64,000 bases of DNA from Methanothermococcus sp. Ax23 (lineage in GTDB: Archaea > AGJL01 > Methanococci > Methanococcales > Methanococcaceae), in NCBI RefSeq assembly GCF_049075655.1, contig NZ_CP157522.1:704001-768000 (forward strand). The letters run 5' to 3'. The notes beneath the pieces are model-generated. The model saw nothing but the letters and a program-made list of their open reading frames with translations, did not search any database and was not told the DNA's origin. The position numbers were made by a program, and so were the translations under genes. This document shows, one piece after another, positions 42,908 to 52,434 of the stretch (position 1 is the stretch's first letter; each line of letters starts with the position of its first letter).

Positions 42908-43957
42908 TTAAATTCCCATTTTCCTAACTTTTAGATATATTGCTATGGCAATCGGAGCTCCGATTATAGACAGTGGGCTTAACAGTGGAAGATTATTCGA
43001 AGATTGGGGCACAACAACTCCCGGTCTTGTTAATATATCTGCAAATAACACAAATACAGAACCTAAAATCGCAGTCATAGGTATTACATAGGCATGCTTT
43101 GAGGTTCTAGATATCATCCTTGCAATAATTGGGCATATTAATCCTACAAAGGCGATTGGACCGGCAAATGCCACAACTGTTGCTGTTAATACACAGGATA
43201 GGATTATTAGCCATTTTCTTAGATTCTTTACATCTACCCCAACACTTGTAGCATATTTTTCCCCAAGTAGATTTGCATCAAGTTTTTTTGAAAGAAATAT
43301 GTATGCTAAAATAACTATTGGAATAATCAAAAATGTCATTAGATTAATTTGGGACCATGTTAAATTATTGACTGAGCCCATGCCCCACATAAAATATCCT
43401 GCAAGTTTGGAATTTTCTTCACCCATATAATCCCCAGTATATATAACAAGTGTAGTTAGTCCAGAAGCTATTGCCCCTATCATAATACCACAAATTAACA
43501 GGGTTGCAGTTTGCTTTACAATTCTTGCAATATTTATAACAACAAACATGGTAATCAATGATCCAACATATGCAGAGATAATGAATCCATATATAGAATG
43601 AGGGATTCCCATTTTAAACAGCAACGATGTAAATATATACAAAACAACGCCCAGAGATGCCCCGCTTGCTACTCCCATTAAATATGGGTCTGCCAAAGGG
43701 TTTCTAAAATATCCCTGCATCAAAATTCCAGCTACGGCAATGCCTAATCCAACAATAATTGCTCCAATAGTTCTGGGAAGCCTTAGTTTTCCAATAATTT
43801 GGTCTATAATGGCATTTCCAGATGTTCCTTCAAATAAATATTTTTCCAATTGTTCATCTTTTATTGGAACTGTCCCTTCTGTAATGCTAAAATAGGATAA
43901 AATTGTCAACAACACTAAGGATAATGTAAATAATCCCAAAAATCTTTTAACTCTCAA
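42908..43957 (-). CDS. FecCD/BtuC-type ABC permease
   Basis: [36 protein letters not shown]; TTG start. Confidence 0.93.
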   Translation of the reverse strand: MRVKRFLGLFTLSLVLLTILSYFSITEGTVPIKDEQLEKYLFEGTSGNAIIDQIIGKLRLPRTIGAIIVGLGIAVAGILMQGYFRNPLADPYLMGVASGASLGVVLYIFTSLLFKMGIPHSIYGFIISAYVGSLITMFVVINIARIVKQTATLLICGIMIGAIASGLTTLVIYTGDYMGEENSKLAGYFMWGMGSVNNLTWSQINLMTFLIIPIVILAYIFLSKKLDANLLGEKYATSVGVDVKNLRKWLIILSCVLTATVVAFAGPIAFVGLICPIIARMISRTSKHAYVIPMTAILGSVFVLFADILTRPGVVVPQSSNNLPLLSPLSIIGAPIAIAIYLKVRKMGI

Positions 43958-44019
43958 AATTCCACCTAATCGTAAATTATTAAAATTTATAAAAAAATAG
44001 GAAATAATAATATAAATAT

Positions 44020-45200
44020 TTATTTAGTCATTTTTATCTTTATGATATACTTCAAATCACTGCCAAGTACTTCTGGATGTATTGCTTTTGCATAATCATC
44101 CAGGAGGTCCTGCGGGGTCCAGAGTTTCCTTTTTAGTGTTGTCATAATGTAATACATAAAACCTTCCATTTTTAAATGCCTTGAAGTTTGCAAACTCAGG
44201 GTTTAGTTCAAGCAACTGTTCTTTTGTTGTTATGTTTTTACCTTGTGTGCAATATAACAACATCGGCATTTATTGCCCTTTCATAGAATATTTCTTTATC
44301 CATGTACATCCCACCCGTCCCGGGCATGTCATTAAACACAAATTCTCCTTTAACATCATTTATCCATTTGGTCTAAAATTTTGTGCTTCTCATACATAAG
44401 GACCTTTTGATGATGACCAGTAAAAGAATGCCACATTTGGATAAGTGTTTATGCCCCTAACTTTTCTCAATATATCTCTGTTTCCATGCATTCTGGAAAT
44501 AATCCTCCATTTTATCAGAATCATCTTTTCCATAAAATGCTGCAAAGAATTTAGTCCATTCAGTTTTTCCCATAAATAAATCTTCCCAGTATGCTCCTGT
44601 TCTTGCGTATGAGATATTTAATTCTTTAAGTTTTTTTGCCATTGGGTCAGTATAACTAAATTTATATATAAATACTATATCTCTGGATTTACGCTAACTA
44701 TGTTATCATAGTTAGGACTTGTCCCTCTTCCAGCATTTAAAATCTCTCCATTTTGGTATTTTTCATATAATTTTGGAAGTTCATCTTTATATTTAGGGGC
44801 GATGGAACTTAAATATTGCATCGCTTTTAAGCTATTGGTGATATTTCATCGTTTGTAATATATACAGTTCCTAATAATATCTAGTCTCCACTTACGACTT
44901 TCTTTAATGGCGTATAAACAATTTTAGCATCAGGAATATCTGGGGCTGTCGCCCCTTCTTTTAGTGCTACAAATTTATTTCCCTCAGCATCTACAATATA
45001 GCAATATCCTTCATCCCAATGAGGGTCTAATTGGAAGTTTTAAGCAAATACAACTGGATTTCTAAATGTATCGTAGTTTTTGAATATATAAGTAACATCT
45101 GCAATATCTACTGAATTATCACAGTTTAAATCTCCAACTTCTATTGGGATATTTCGGTTCTTAAACAGATAAACCACATCCGAAATATCTATTGAACCAT
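44020..45200 (-). pseudogene. Disrupted dockerin + ABC substrate-binding protein gene
   Basis: Fragments GDLNCDNSVDIADV, YIVDAEG, NYDNIVSVNPE, EWTKFFAAF, NFKAFKNGRFY, DYAKAIHPE in shifting frames; premature stops near 45041 and 44881 plus several frameshifts. Confidence 0.85.
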
Positions 45201-45341
45201 CTTTATAATAAACATATTTTGATATAATATAAAAGTTTTTTTAATTCATACATATAAATTTTTATTTAAATCAATTGAATATTTGAATTAATTCAAACAC
45301 AAAAATAGAAATAGATATAGAAATGAATAAAATCAAAAGAA
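44998..45341. repeat. Direct repeat copy 1 (~340 bp; upstream region plus dockerin)
   Basis: Near-identical to 51728-52070 (offset 6730). Confidence 0.95.
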
Positions 45342-45348
45342 AAAATAA

Positions 45349-46056
45349 TTAAAATTCAGTTCTTAATAAATACTCGGACACTTCTTTAACTTTTTTAGTT
45401 AAAAATCCATGGTTAAATGGATTTTCATCCAATAAGATTAAAATTCCCCCGTCTTCTAACTCTTCAACTCTATAAATTGGGGCAGATAAGATTTTTTCTC
45501 TTCCAATGTTTTTAACAATCTCTGGGGATAATATAGTTAAACCAGTTATTATATTTGGATTTCCATCTTTAATAAGTTGTTCGTAAGTGGATATATATTC
45601 ATCCTCCAATTCTTCCCCGTCATAATATTGAACTATCAAGGGCTTTGTTTTTAGATAAAGATTTTTTATAATGTTGATTAATTTGTTTATGAAAGTTTTA
45701 GGTCTCCGCGATAAGGTGTAGAAAAAGGTTAATTCAAAGGAATTTTTTGAGATTAATAAATCAAATCCATGTTCGGTATCTGCTTCCTCATTGTAAAACC
45801 AAAACGGACCCAACATGCCCCCACAATCTTTAGCAATAGTATTTGAAACTTCTTCCAATGTTGCAAGATAATCATTGTAATCAGTACTTTCACAATTATA
45901 ATAAAAAATATCTTTACATTTATCCCTATTATACCCATATCTTAATTCATTTGGTCTTATTTCGAGAGTCTTTAATATATTAACAAGATTAATTATGTCA
46001 TCACCATTCAAACATTTCTTATTAATAATAAACTCAATAGATTCAATACTTCCCAT
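45349..46056 (-). CDS. Putative immunity protein for the PD-(D/E)XK toxin tip
   Basis: Directly downstream of toxin ORF; acidic; C-terminal ILSAP..RVEELEDGGILILL..NP resembles Imm52-like immunity proteins. Confidence 0.65.
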   Translation of the reverse strand: MGSIESIEFIINKKCLNGDDIINLVNILKTLEIRPNELRYGYNRDKCKDIFYYNCESTDYNDYLATLEEVSNTIAKDCGGMLGPFWFYNEEADTEHGFDLLISKNSFELTFFYTLSRRPKTFINKLINIIKNLYLKTKPLIVQYYDGEELEDEYISTYEQLIKDGNPNIITGLTILSPEIVKNIGREKILSAPIYRVEELEDGGILILLDENPFNHGFLTKKVKEVSEYLLRTEF

Positions 46057-46065
46057 AATTGCCAC

Positions 46066-46597
46066 CTATGGATTATATACATGATATTCAATATCCACAC
46101 CATATTTACTTTTTGCTTTATTTAATTTCTTGATAACTTTGTCATCAGGTTTTAATCTAAAGTAATAAACTAATTTTTTATTATTGTTTTTTGCATATTC
46201 GGATAATTTTGACAATTGTCGTGTAAATCTATTCCAATCTTTGAGTACATCTCCCCCTTTACATTCAATAACTTTGTCCATTGTTATTATGTCAGCCTCC
46301 GTAGGTCCCCGAGATGTTTTGATACCATCTTTAGACAGCTCCACAATCTCATCAACATTACATTTTTCAGCAACCACTATTGCTTCATACGGAGTTCCGC
46401 TTTTTCCTTTTTTAATCTCTTCAAGTACTCCATCATACCCCTTAACCCCCTTCAATTTATCCAAAGCATAATCGAGTTTATTCAAATCTATACCCGTCTT
46501 TTCATAACTTTTAACAACTTCCCTACTTAATCCTTTTTTTATTAATCTTTCAACAACATCCTTCCCAGTATCCCCAACAACAATTTAATTATAACAG
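46066..46597 (-). pseudogene. Orphan toxin tip, restriction-endonuclease (PD-(D/E)XK) fold
   Basis: YE...EADII....IECK...RQL motif; begins with degenerate carrier junction V(V)GDTGKDV in frame; no ATG/RBS of its own. Confidence 0.7.
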
Positions 46598-46654
46598 AAG
46601 TTATAAAAGAGAAGATAAAACATAAAATTATTTAAAATTGAATTATTAATACTT

Positions 46655-47104
46655 TTATGGTAAATAAGCATCTAACCTACCGATAACTAATATATAACTA
46701 CCTTCCTTTAATTCATCAAAAACTCCATATTTATTTTCCCAACCTGTTTCCAATACTACCCCACAATCGAAGCATATTCTTTCTATTTCGTCTCCTAAAA
46801 TATCTTTTCTTGTCCATTTTTTCTTTACTTCTCCAATGAATAAGTGGTGGTCTCCTCCAAGACTCTCAATCATTTTCTTATTTATACCAACTCTTCTAAT
46901 GTAAAAATCAAGAACTGATAAGTTAATTTCCACAATATCATTTTGTTTGATTTTTCCTTCATCTAATGCATATAAAAGCTCAGAGTCTGTAACAAACGCC
47001 TCAAGTAAGTATCCATCAACTTCAATTATCAAATCCCCTTCTGAAACCATCTCATCAACTTTATTTAACCAGTAATCTTTAATTTTCACTTTATGAATAA
47101 CCAT
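46655..47104 (-). CDS. Putative immunity protein (beta-rich) for the BECR-like tip
   Basis: Starts 18 nt after toxin stop with GGTGA RBS; acidic; DCG...G..I...GRLDA pattern. Confidence 0.6.
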   Translation of the reverse strand: MVIHKVKIKDYWLNKVDEMVSEGDLIIEVDGYLLEAFVTDSELLYALDEGKIKQNDIVEINLSVLDFYIRRVGINKKMIESLGGDHHLFIGEVKKKWTRKDILGDEIERICFDCGVVLETGWENKYGVFDELKEGSYILVIGRLDAYLP

Positions 47105-47121
47105 TTTTTCACCAGTTTAAT

Positions 47122-47925
47122 CTAATTTATAACATCAATAGGATGTGCTGTAATTATGCCTTTTTCACTATCTTCACTTACCACTATTTTTAAATATTTT
47201 TTTGCTCCTGTGGGTTTGTAATAATAATCCCATCCACCTTTTGGGTCAGGTTTTTTGTCTTGGTAATTTTCTAGTGCTTCTTTTATCAGATTTTTAACAG
47301 CATTGTCATTATCGGGTAGATTAAATTCATTTTTTATATCATCTGCATGAGAAGTTCCACCTGCCCGTATTTTTGTTATATGTTTCCACCCCCAACTTTC
47401 TGTCCCCTCTTTTAATACAATATTTCCAACTTTAAAAATTACATCCTTCCCAGTATCCTTAACAACAAATTTAATTATAACAGGAATCAACTTTTTTGCA
47501 CATAACTTCCCACCTATTACAATAGCTTTTCCTTCGAATACTGGAAGTGTGGCTATATCAATTGCCAATCCAACTTTATTACATTCTTCACCACATGCAA
47601 ACTTATATAAATCTTCTCCAATTGCCAATTTAACTACGAAATCAAAATCAGATAAAAGGTCATTTGAAGTTAGATAATTTGCATCGTAACTATTACTACC
47701 ATATTTAATATTCACAAAGTGCTTTAACTCCCCATCGCCACCAGAGAATAATTCTGGATGAACCATTCTTGCATAGTCTTCCATAACGTTTCCTGCATCA
47801 TACATATTGGATAAAAGAATGTCTTTCTTAGAGACATAGAACTTTCCATTCTTATATGCTTTGAAGTTTGCAAACTTTGGATTTAGATTTAATAAATCTT
47901 TTTTAGTGTCTCCCGTATAATCTAA
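47122..47925 (-). pseudogene. Orphan toxin module: SBP C-terminus + pre-toxin region + His-dependent BECR/EndoU-type RNase tip
   Basis: 133 aa from M47805 identical to carrier aa 261-393, then distinct tip GWKHI...H...GIITAHP; frame stays open upstream (LDYTGD...) without its own start. Confidence 0.8.
47406..47925. repeat. Homology arm shared with carrier gene (50728-51253)
   Basis: 47406-47808 matches 50728-51130 with one mismatch seen; a further ~120 bp is diverged but alignable. Confidence 0.93.
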
Positions 47926-47953
47926 AAAAATAATTTAAAAAAGGAAAATTAGG

Positions 47954-48583
47954 TTATAATTCTTCACCATATCTTTCTTCGTAGTATTTTTTGAAATCTG
48001 CTAAGTATTTTTCTAAGTTTTTAATCCAATCTTTATCATTTTCTGGAATTTCTGAATTTCTAAGTAATTTAAGATAATCCTCTGCTAATTTAACGATTTC
48101 TTTAGTGAAATCTTTTAATGGAACTCTAACTATCCCCTCTTTACCAGCCCTATCTTTATATAAATACATATCATTACGATAATGTATTATTAACTCATCT
48201 TTATCTTTATCGAGTTCAAAGATATAGATATTAAATTGAAAATGTAGAGACACCCAACAAGCCAAATTTGGATTTTTTACATTATTTATATCAATCCATG
48301 ATTTCACCTCTTTTAAGTTAAAGTTTTGTGAATTTTTAGAGAATCTATAATATTTTCCCTCACTTAATAAGTATGGTAGTAATGTTAGCATTTCCTCAAA
48401 GAAACCATATAAATCACATTCATCTCCCTCGATTTTACCTTCCTCAACCCACACAATAGCCCCGAGTAATTCACCATTAACTTTGAATATGGTTTTTATT
48501 ACTCCGCCAGGATATCCTAAACCATCTTCTTTTATCCTTTTTTTATGTTCCTCCTTATCATAAATTAATTCTACTAAACTCAT
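47954..48583 (-). CDS. Putative immunity protein, paralog of 49605-50240
   Basis: LVEL.YDK..HK, F.V.GELLG, PLK.FTKEIVKLAE.Y, YY.ERYGEEL shared; GGTGA RBS just after toxin stop. Confidence 0.75.
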   Translation of the reverse strand: MSLVELIYDKEEHKKRIKEDGLGYPGGVIKTIFKVNGELLGAIVWVEEGKIEGDECDLYGFFEEMLTLLPYLLSEGKYYRFSKNSQNFNLKEVKSWIDINNVKNPNLACWVSLHFQFNIYIFELDKDKDELIIHYRNDMYLYKDRAGKEGIVRVPLKDFTKEIVKLAEDYLKLLRNSEIPENDKDWIKNLEKYLADFKKYYEERYGEEL

Positions 48584-48600
48584 TGTTATCACCAGTGGTA

Positions 48601-49545
48601 TTATTCTTTTTCAAATATCCATTTATCGCCCTTCTTACCAACACATTTAAGCCATCCATAGTTATTAACATACCTATAAACTCCATCTCCACCTTTTGGA
48701 TACATTGTTCTTAATTCATATACACCATTTTCTAATTTAAATTTCAACTCAATTTCGATAACCTTACCATCTTTTTCATACGTATATTTTATTTTTGGAT
48801 TGCTACCTTTAATGTTATCTTTATTTTTTTCTATCGCTTCTTTAATTATCTTCTTCAACTCATCAGCATCGTCTATAATCTTAGGTAGTTTCTTCCCATT
48901 TACCGTTTGTCCCATTGGGAAGAATGTGGTGGCTGTCTTATCAGATTCATACCCCACATATGTCTTAACCATAATATGGATTAAACCTTTTTTAGCATCT
49001 CCCCCTATGAGATTGACGATTATTTTCTCATCACCATTTTTTATCGTTATTTTCTCTGGTTTAGAAAACTCCTCCAACTCCTTAAAATACTTCTTAGAAT
49101 TTTTAATATTAATTTTAGATATTTTATTTAATTCATCCTAATGAAACATCTTTCTTAACCAAATCATCTATATCTTTGCTGGAGCTCCTTTATTTCTTAG
49201 GTTTATAATTACTTCCTTAACCTTTTCTAAATCTTGACCTTTTTCTATTAGTTTATTTTGGCTTCTTTGCTAATTCTTCTTTTCTTTAACTCTCCAATGA
49301 TTTTTCTTTGTTTTGTTAGGTCATCTACATTGTTAGCATTTTTAGTAATCTTAGATATGGAACTTTTAGATATTCCCATCTTAGATAATTTATTTGTTTC
49401 GTCTGCTACTTTTTTAAGTGCATCGTTTGGTTTGTTGCTGTTTTTGATGATATTGTTTATTGTGCTTGTTTTTATTCCGTCATCTTTAAGATTTTTTATC
49501 CTGTTGTCCATCCAACCGAGTTTTTTATTGTCATTTAGATTATTT
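48601..49545 (-). pseudogene. Orphan toxin module: Lys-rich helical-repeat linker + EndoU-like tip (frameshifted)
   Basis: ORFs 49248-49511 and 48601-49077 join across frameshifts; GLIHI...TFFPMG...ELRTMYP paralogous to carrier tip. Confidence 0.75.
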
Positions 49546-49604
49546 TATTAAATATTTAGATTATATTGATTATAAAATAAAAAAAGAAAAAATAAAAATT
49601 TTAT

Positions 49605-50240
49605 TTACAGTTCTTCACCATAACGCTCTTTATAGTATTTTTTAATATCAGTTAATAGATTTTCTAAGAATTTAATATCATGGTCAATTTCTTCTACATT
49701 TGTTGATTTAAGCAGATCTATATATTTCTCCGCTAATTTAACGATTTCCTTTGTGAATTCTTTTAAAGGCGCTCTAATAGAACCGCTATCTTTTCCTTTA
49801 TACTCTTCACAGTCCGTATATGACAATGGATCATTATAGTAATGAATTATTAACTCATCTTTTTCTTTACCTAACTCTAATGTATAGTCATTATACATAA
49901 AACCAAGATCGTAAGCATAATATGCTAAATCAGGATTTTTTATTTGGTCTATAGGCCCATGTTGCTCTACATCTTTCCTATAATAATATCTCCGTGTATG
50001 TTTTCCTTCATCTAATAAAAACGCTAATCCTTTTAACATCTCTTGGAAGAAAGAATATGGATTAAACAAATCATATCCGTAAACTCCTCCATAAACTTTT
50101 AAACATCCTCCACCTAGTAGCTCACCTTTAACTCTAAATATCACTTTTAATGGCTCAAAAAATTCCCCATGAAAGCCATTATATTTTATTATATTCTCTT
50201 TATGTTTATTTTTATCATACTTTAATTCTACCAATTTCAT
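49605..50240 (-). CDS. Putative cognate immunity protein of the carrier EndoU-like toxin
   Basis: Immediately downstream of toxin; GGTGA RBS before ATG 50240; paralog pairs with the paralogous toxin. Confidence 0.75.
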   Translation of the reverse strand: MKLVELKYDKNKHKENIIKYNGFHGEFFEPLKVIFRVKGELLGGGCLKVYGGVYGYDLFNPYSFFQEMLKGLAFLLDEGKHTRRYYYRKDVEQHGPIDQIKNPDLAYYAYDLGFMYNDYTLELGKEKDELIIHYYNDPLSYTDCEEYKGKDSGSIRAPLKEFTKEIVKLAEKYIDLLKSTNVEEIDHDIKFLENLLTDIKKYYKERYGEEL

Positions 50241-50320
50241 AATTAATTCACCACATAAAATTAGATATTCTTTTTCTTTATAGAATTTTCTAAATAATTT
50301 AAGAAAAATAATAAAAGATT

Positions 50321-51907
50321 TTAATTTTCTGGAACAAATTTCCATTTTCCAGTATTTTTATCATAAACTGATTTGAACCATCCTACATTTTTAACATATT
50401 TATAGACCCCATCTCCTTTTTCTGGATATATCGTTCTTAGTTCATATACTCCATTTTTCATTTTTTGAAAATGTAAAGTAATTTCGATAACCTTACCACC
50501 TTTTTCATACATATATTTTATTTTTGGATTACCATTTTCATCTTCATAGAATTTCTTTTCATTCTTTTCTATCGCTTCTTTAATTATCTTCTTCAACTCA
50601 TCAGTATCATCTATAATCTTAGGTAGTTTCTTCCCATTTACCGTTTGTCCCATTGGGAAGAATGTAGCCGCATCCTTATTTAATTCAGTGCCATAAACAT
50701 GCCTATTTAATATATGTCCCCACCACTCCTCTTTTAATACAATATTTCCAACTTTAAAAATTACATCCTTCCCAGTATCCTTAACAACAAATTTAATTAT
50801 AACAGGAATCAACTTTTTTGCACATAACTTCCCACCTATTACAATAGCTTTTCCTTCGAATACTGGAAGTGTGGCTATATCAATTGCCAATCCAACTTTA
50901 TTACATTCTTCACCACATGCAAACTTATATAAATCTTCTCCAATTGCCAATTTAACTACGAAATCAAAATCAGATAAAAGGTCATTTGAAGTTAGATAAT
51001 TTGCATCGTAACTATTACTACCATATTTAATATTCACAAAGTGCTTTAACTCCCCATCGCCACCAGAGAATAATTCTGGATGAACCATTCTTGCATAGTC
51101 TTCCATAACATTTCCTGCATCATACATATTAGCTAAAAGAATATTCTCCTTAGAGACATAGAACCTTCCATTTCTGAATGCTTTGAAGTTTGCAAACTTT
51201 GGATTTAGTTTTAATAAATCATCTTTTGTTTTAGCATCCCCAGTATAGTCCAAAAGAATACAAACATCGGCACCCATTACCTTTTCATAAAAATCTTCTG
51301 TATCCATATATTCCCCAGCTGTTCCAGGCATGTTGTTAAATACATAGTCTCCCCTAACATCATTTACCCAATTTGCCCTAAAATTCTGTGCTTCAAAAAC
51401 AAATGGTTTATTTTTCTCTTTATACCAACAGAATACAACAATCTTTGGCTCATTCTTTGCATTTCTTGTTATTCTTAATAAGCTATTCTTCTTTTTCCAT
51501 GTATTTTGGAAGAATGCATCTGCTTTGTTATACTCGTCCTCTCCATTAAATGCGGAGTAAAATTTAACCCACTCCACCATTCCTAAAAATGTAGTTTCCC
51601 CAAACTGTCTTTGGTTAGTTTTGGTAGATTGACCAGTATATACAATTTCTGCATTAGGTGGGATATATGATGGTTTTGAATAGCCTTCTTTTACGATAAC
51701 ATACCATTTCCCACTCGCATCTTTGGCATAGCAATATCCTTCATCCCAATGAGGGTCTAATTGGAAGTTTTTGGCAAATACAACTGGATTTCTAAATGTA
51801 TCGTAGTTTTTGAATATATAAGTAACATCTGCAATATCTACTGAATTATCACAGTTTAAATCTCCAACTTCTATTGGGATATTTCGGTTCTTAAACAGAT
51901 AAACCAC
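50321..51907 (-). CDS. Polymorphic toxin carrier: dockerin + (internally deleted) ABC substrate-binding domain + pre-toxin helices + EndoU-like nuclease tip; 5-prime end apparently truncated
   Basis: DGSIDISDVVYL / GDLNCDNSVDIADVTYI; EWVKFYSAF, KAFRNGRFY, DYARMVHPELF; GLAIDIATLPV..GK; HILNRH...FFP...RTIYP. Confidence 0.8.
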   Translation of the reverse strand: MVYLFKNRNIPIEVGDLNCDNSVDIADVTYIFKNYDTFRNPVVFAKNFQLDPHWDEGYCYAKDASGKWYVIVKEGYSKPSYIPPNAEIVYTGQSTKTNQRQFGETTFLGMVEWVKFYSAFNGEDEYNKADAFFQNTWKKKNSLLRITRNAKNEPKIVVFCWYKEKNKPFVFEAQNFRANWVNDVRGDYVFNNMPGTAGEYMDTEDFYEKVMGADVCILLDYTGDAKTKDDLLKLNPKFANFKAFRNGRFYVSKENILLANMYDAGNVMEDYARMVHPELFSGGDGELKHFVNIKYGSNSYDANYLTSNDLLSDFDFVVKLAIGEDLYKFACGEECNKVGLAIDIATLPVFEGKAIVIGGKLCAKKLIPVIIKFVVKDTGKDVIFKVGNIVLKEEWWGHILNRHVYGTELNKDAATFFPMGQTVNGKKLPKIIDDTDELKKIIKEAIEKNEKKFYEDENGNPKIKYMYEKGGKVIEITLHFQKMKNGVYELRTIYPEKGDGVYKYVKNVGWFKSVYDKNTGKWKFVPEN

Positions 51908-52070
51908 ATCCGAAATATCTATTGAACCATCTTTATAATAAACATATTTTGATATAATATAAAAGTTTTTTTAATTCATACATATAAATTTTTATTTAAA
52001 TCAATTGAATATTTGAATTAATTCAAACAAAAAATAGAAATAGATATAAAAATAAATAAAAACAAAAGAA
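51728..52070. repeat. Direct repeat copy 2 (~340 bp)
   Basis: Near-identical to 44998-45341. Confidence 0.95.
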
Positions 52071-52191
52071 ATTAAAATTAATATAATGATTTACACTGCC
52101 TTGATTGATAAACCTAAATTTTATTATTCTGAACGAAGTGAGGGAGATTAAAAACCGAAGGTTTTTATTATCTTAAATTCCAGGGAGTTAT

Positions 52192-52383
52192 ATGGGTTCA
52201 ATAAATTCAATTCAATTGGCTTATGAATTTGTTTTATCTATTATTATGGGTATCATTATCGGTTATTTTTTATCAAACTACTACGATAACAATGTATTTA
52301 TTGTGGTAGGATTTTTGATTGGAGTTCTGATGGCTTTTTTAAGATTTGCTAAATTGATAAGAAGCAGAGAAAAAAGAAAGTAA
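52192..52383 (+). CDS. Small two-TM membrane protein (AtpZ/AtpI-like)
   Basis: GIIIGYFL...GFLIGV pattern, basic tail, GGGAG RBS. Confidence 0.6.
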   Translation: MGSINSIQLAYEFVLSIIMGIIIGYFLSNYYDNNVFIVVGFLIGVLMAFLRFAKLIRSREKRK

Positions 52384-52434
52384 TAAAAACAAAAAGGAAA
52401 TTATAATAAAATAATATAAACTATCGGTGATATT

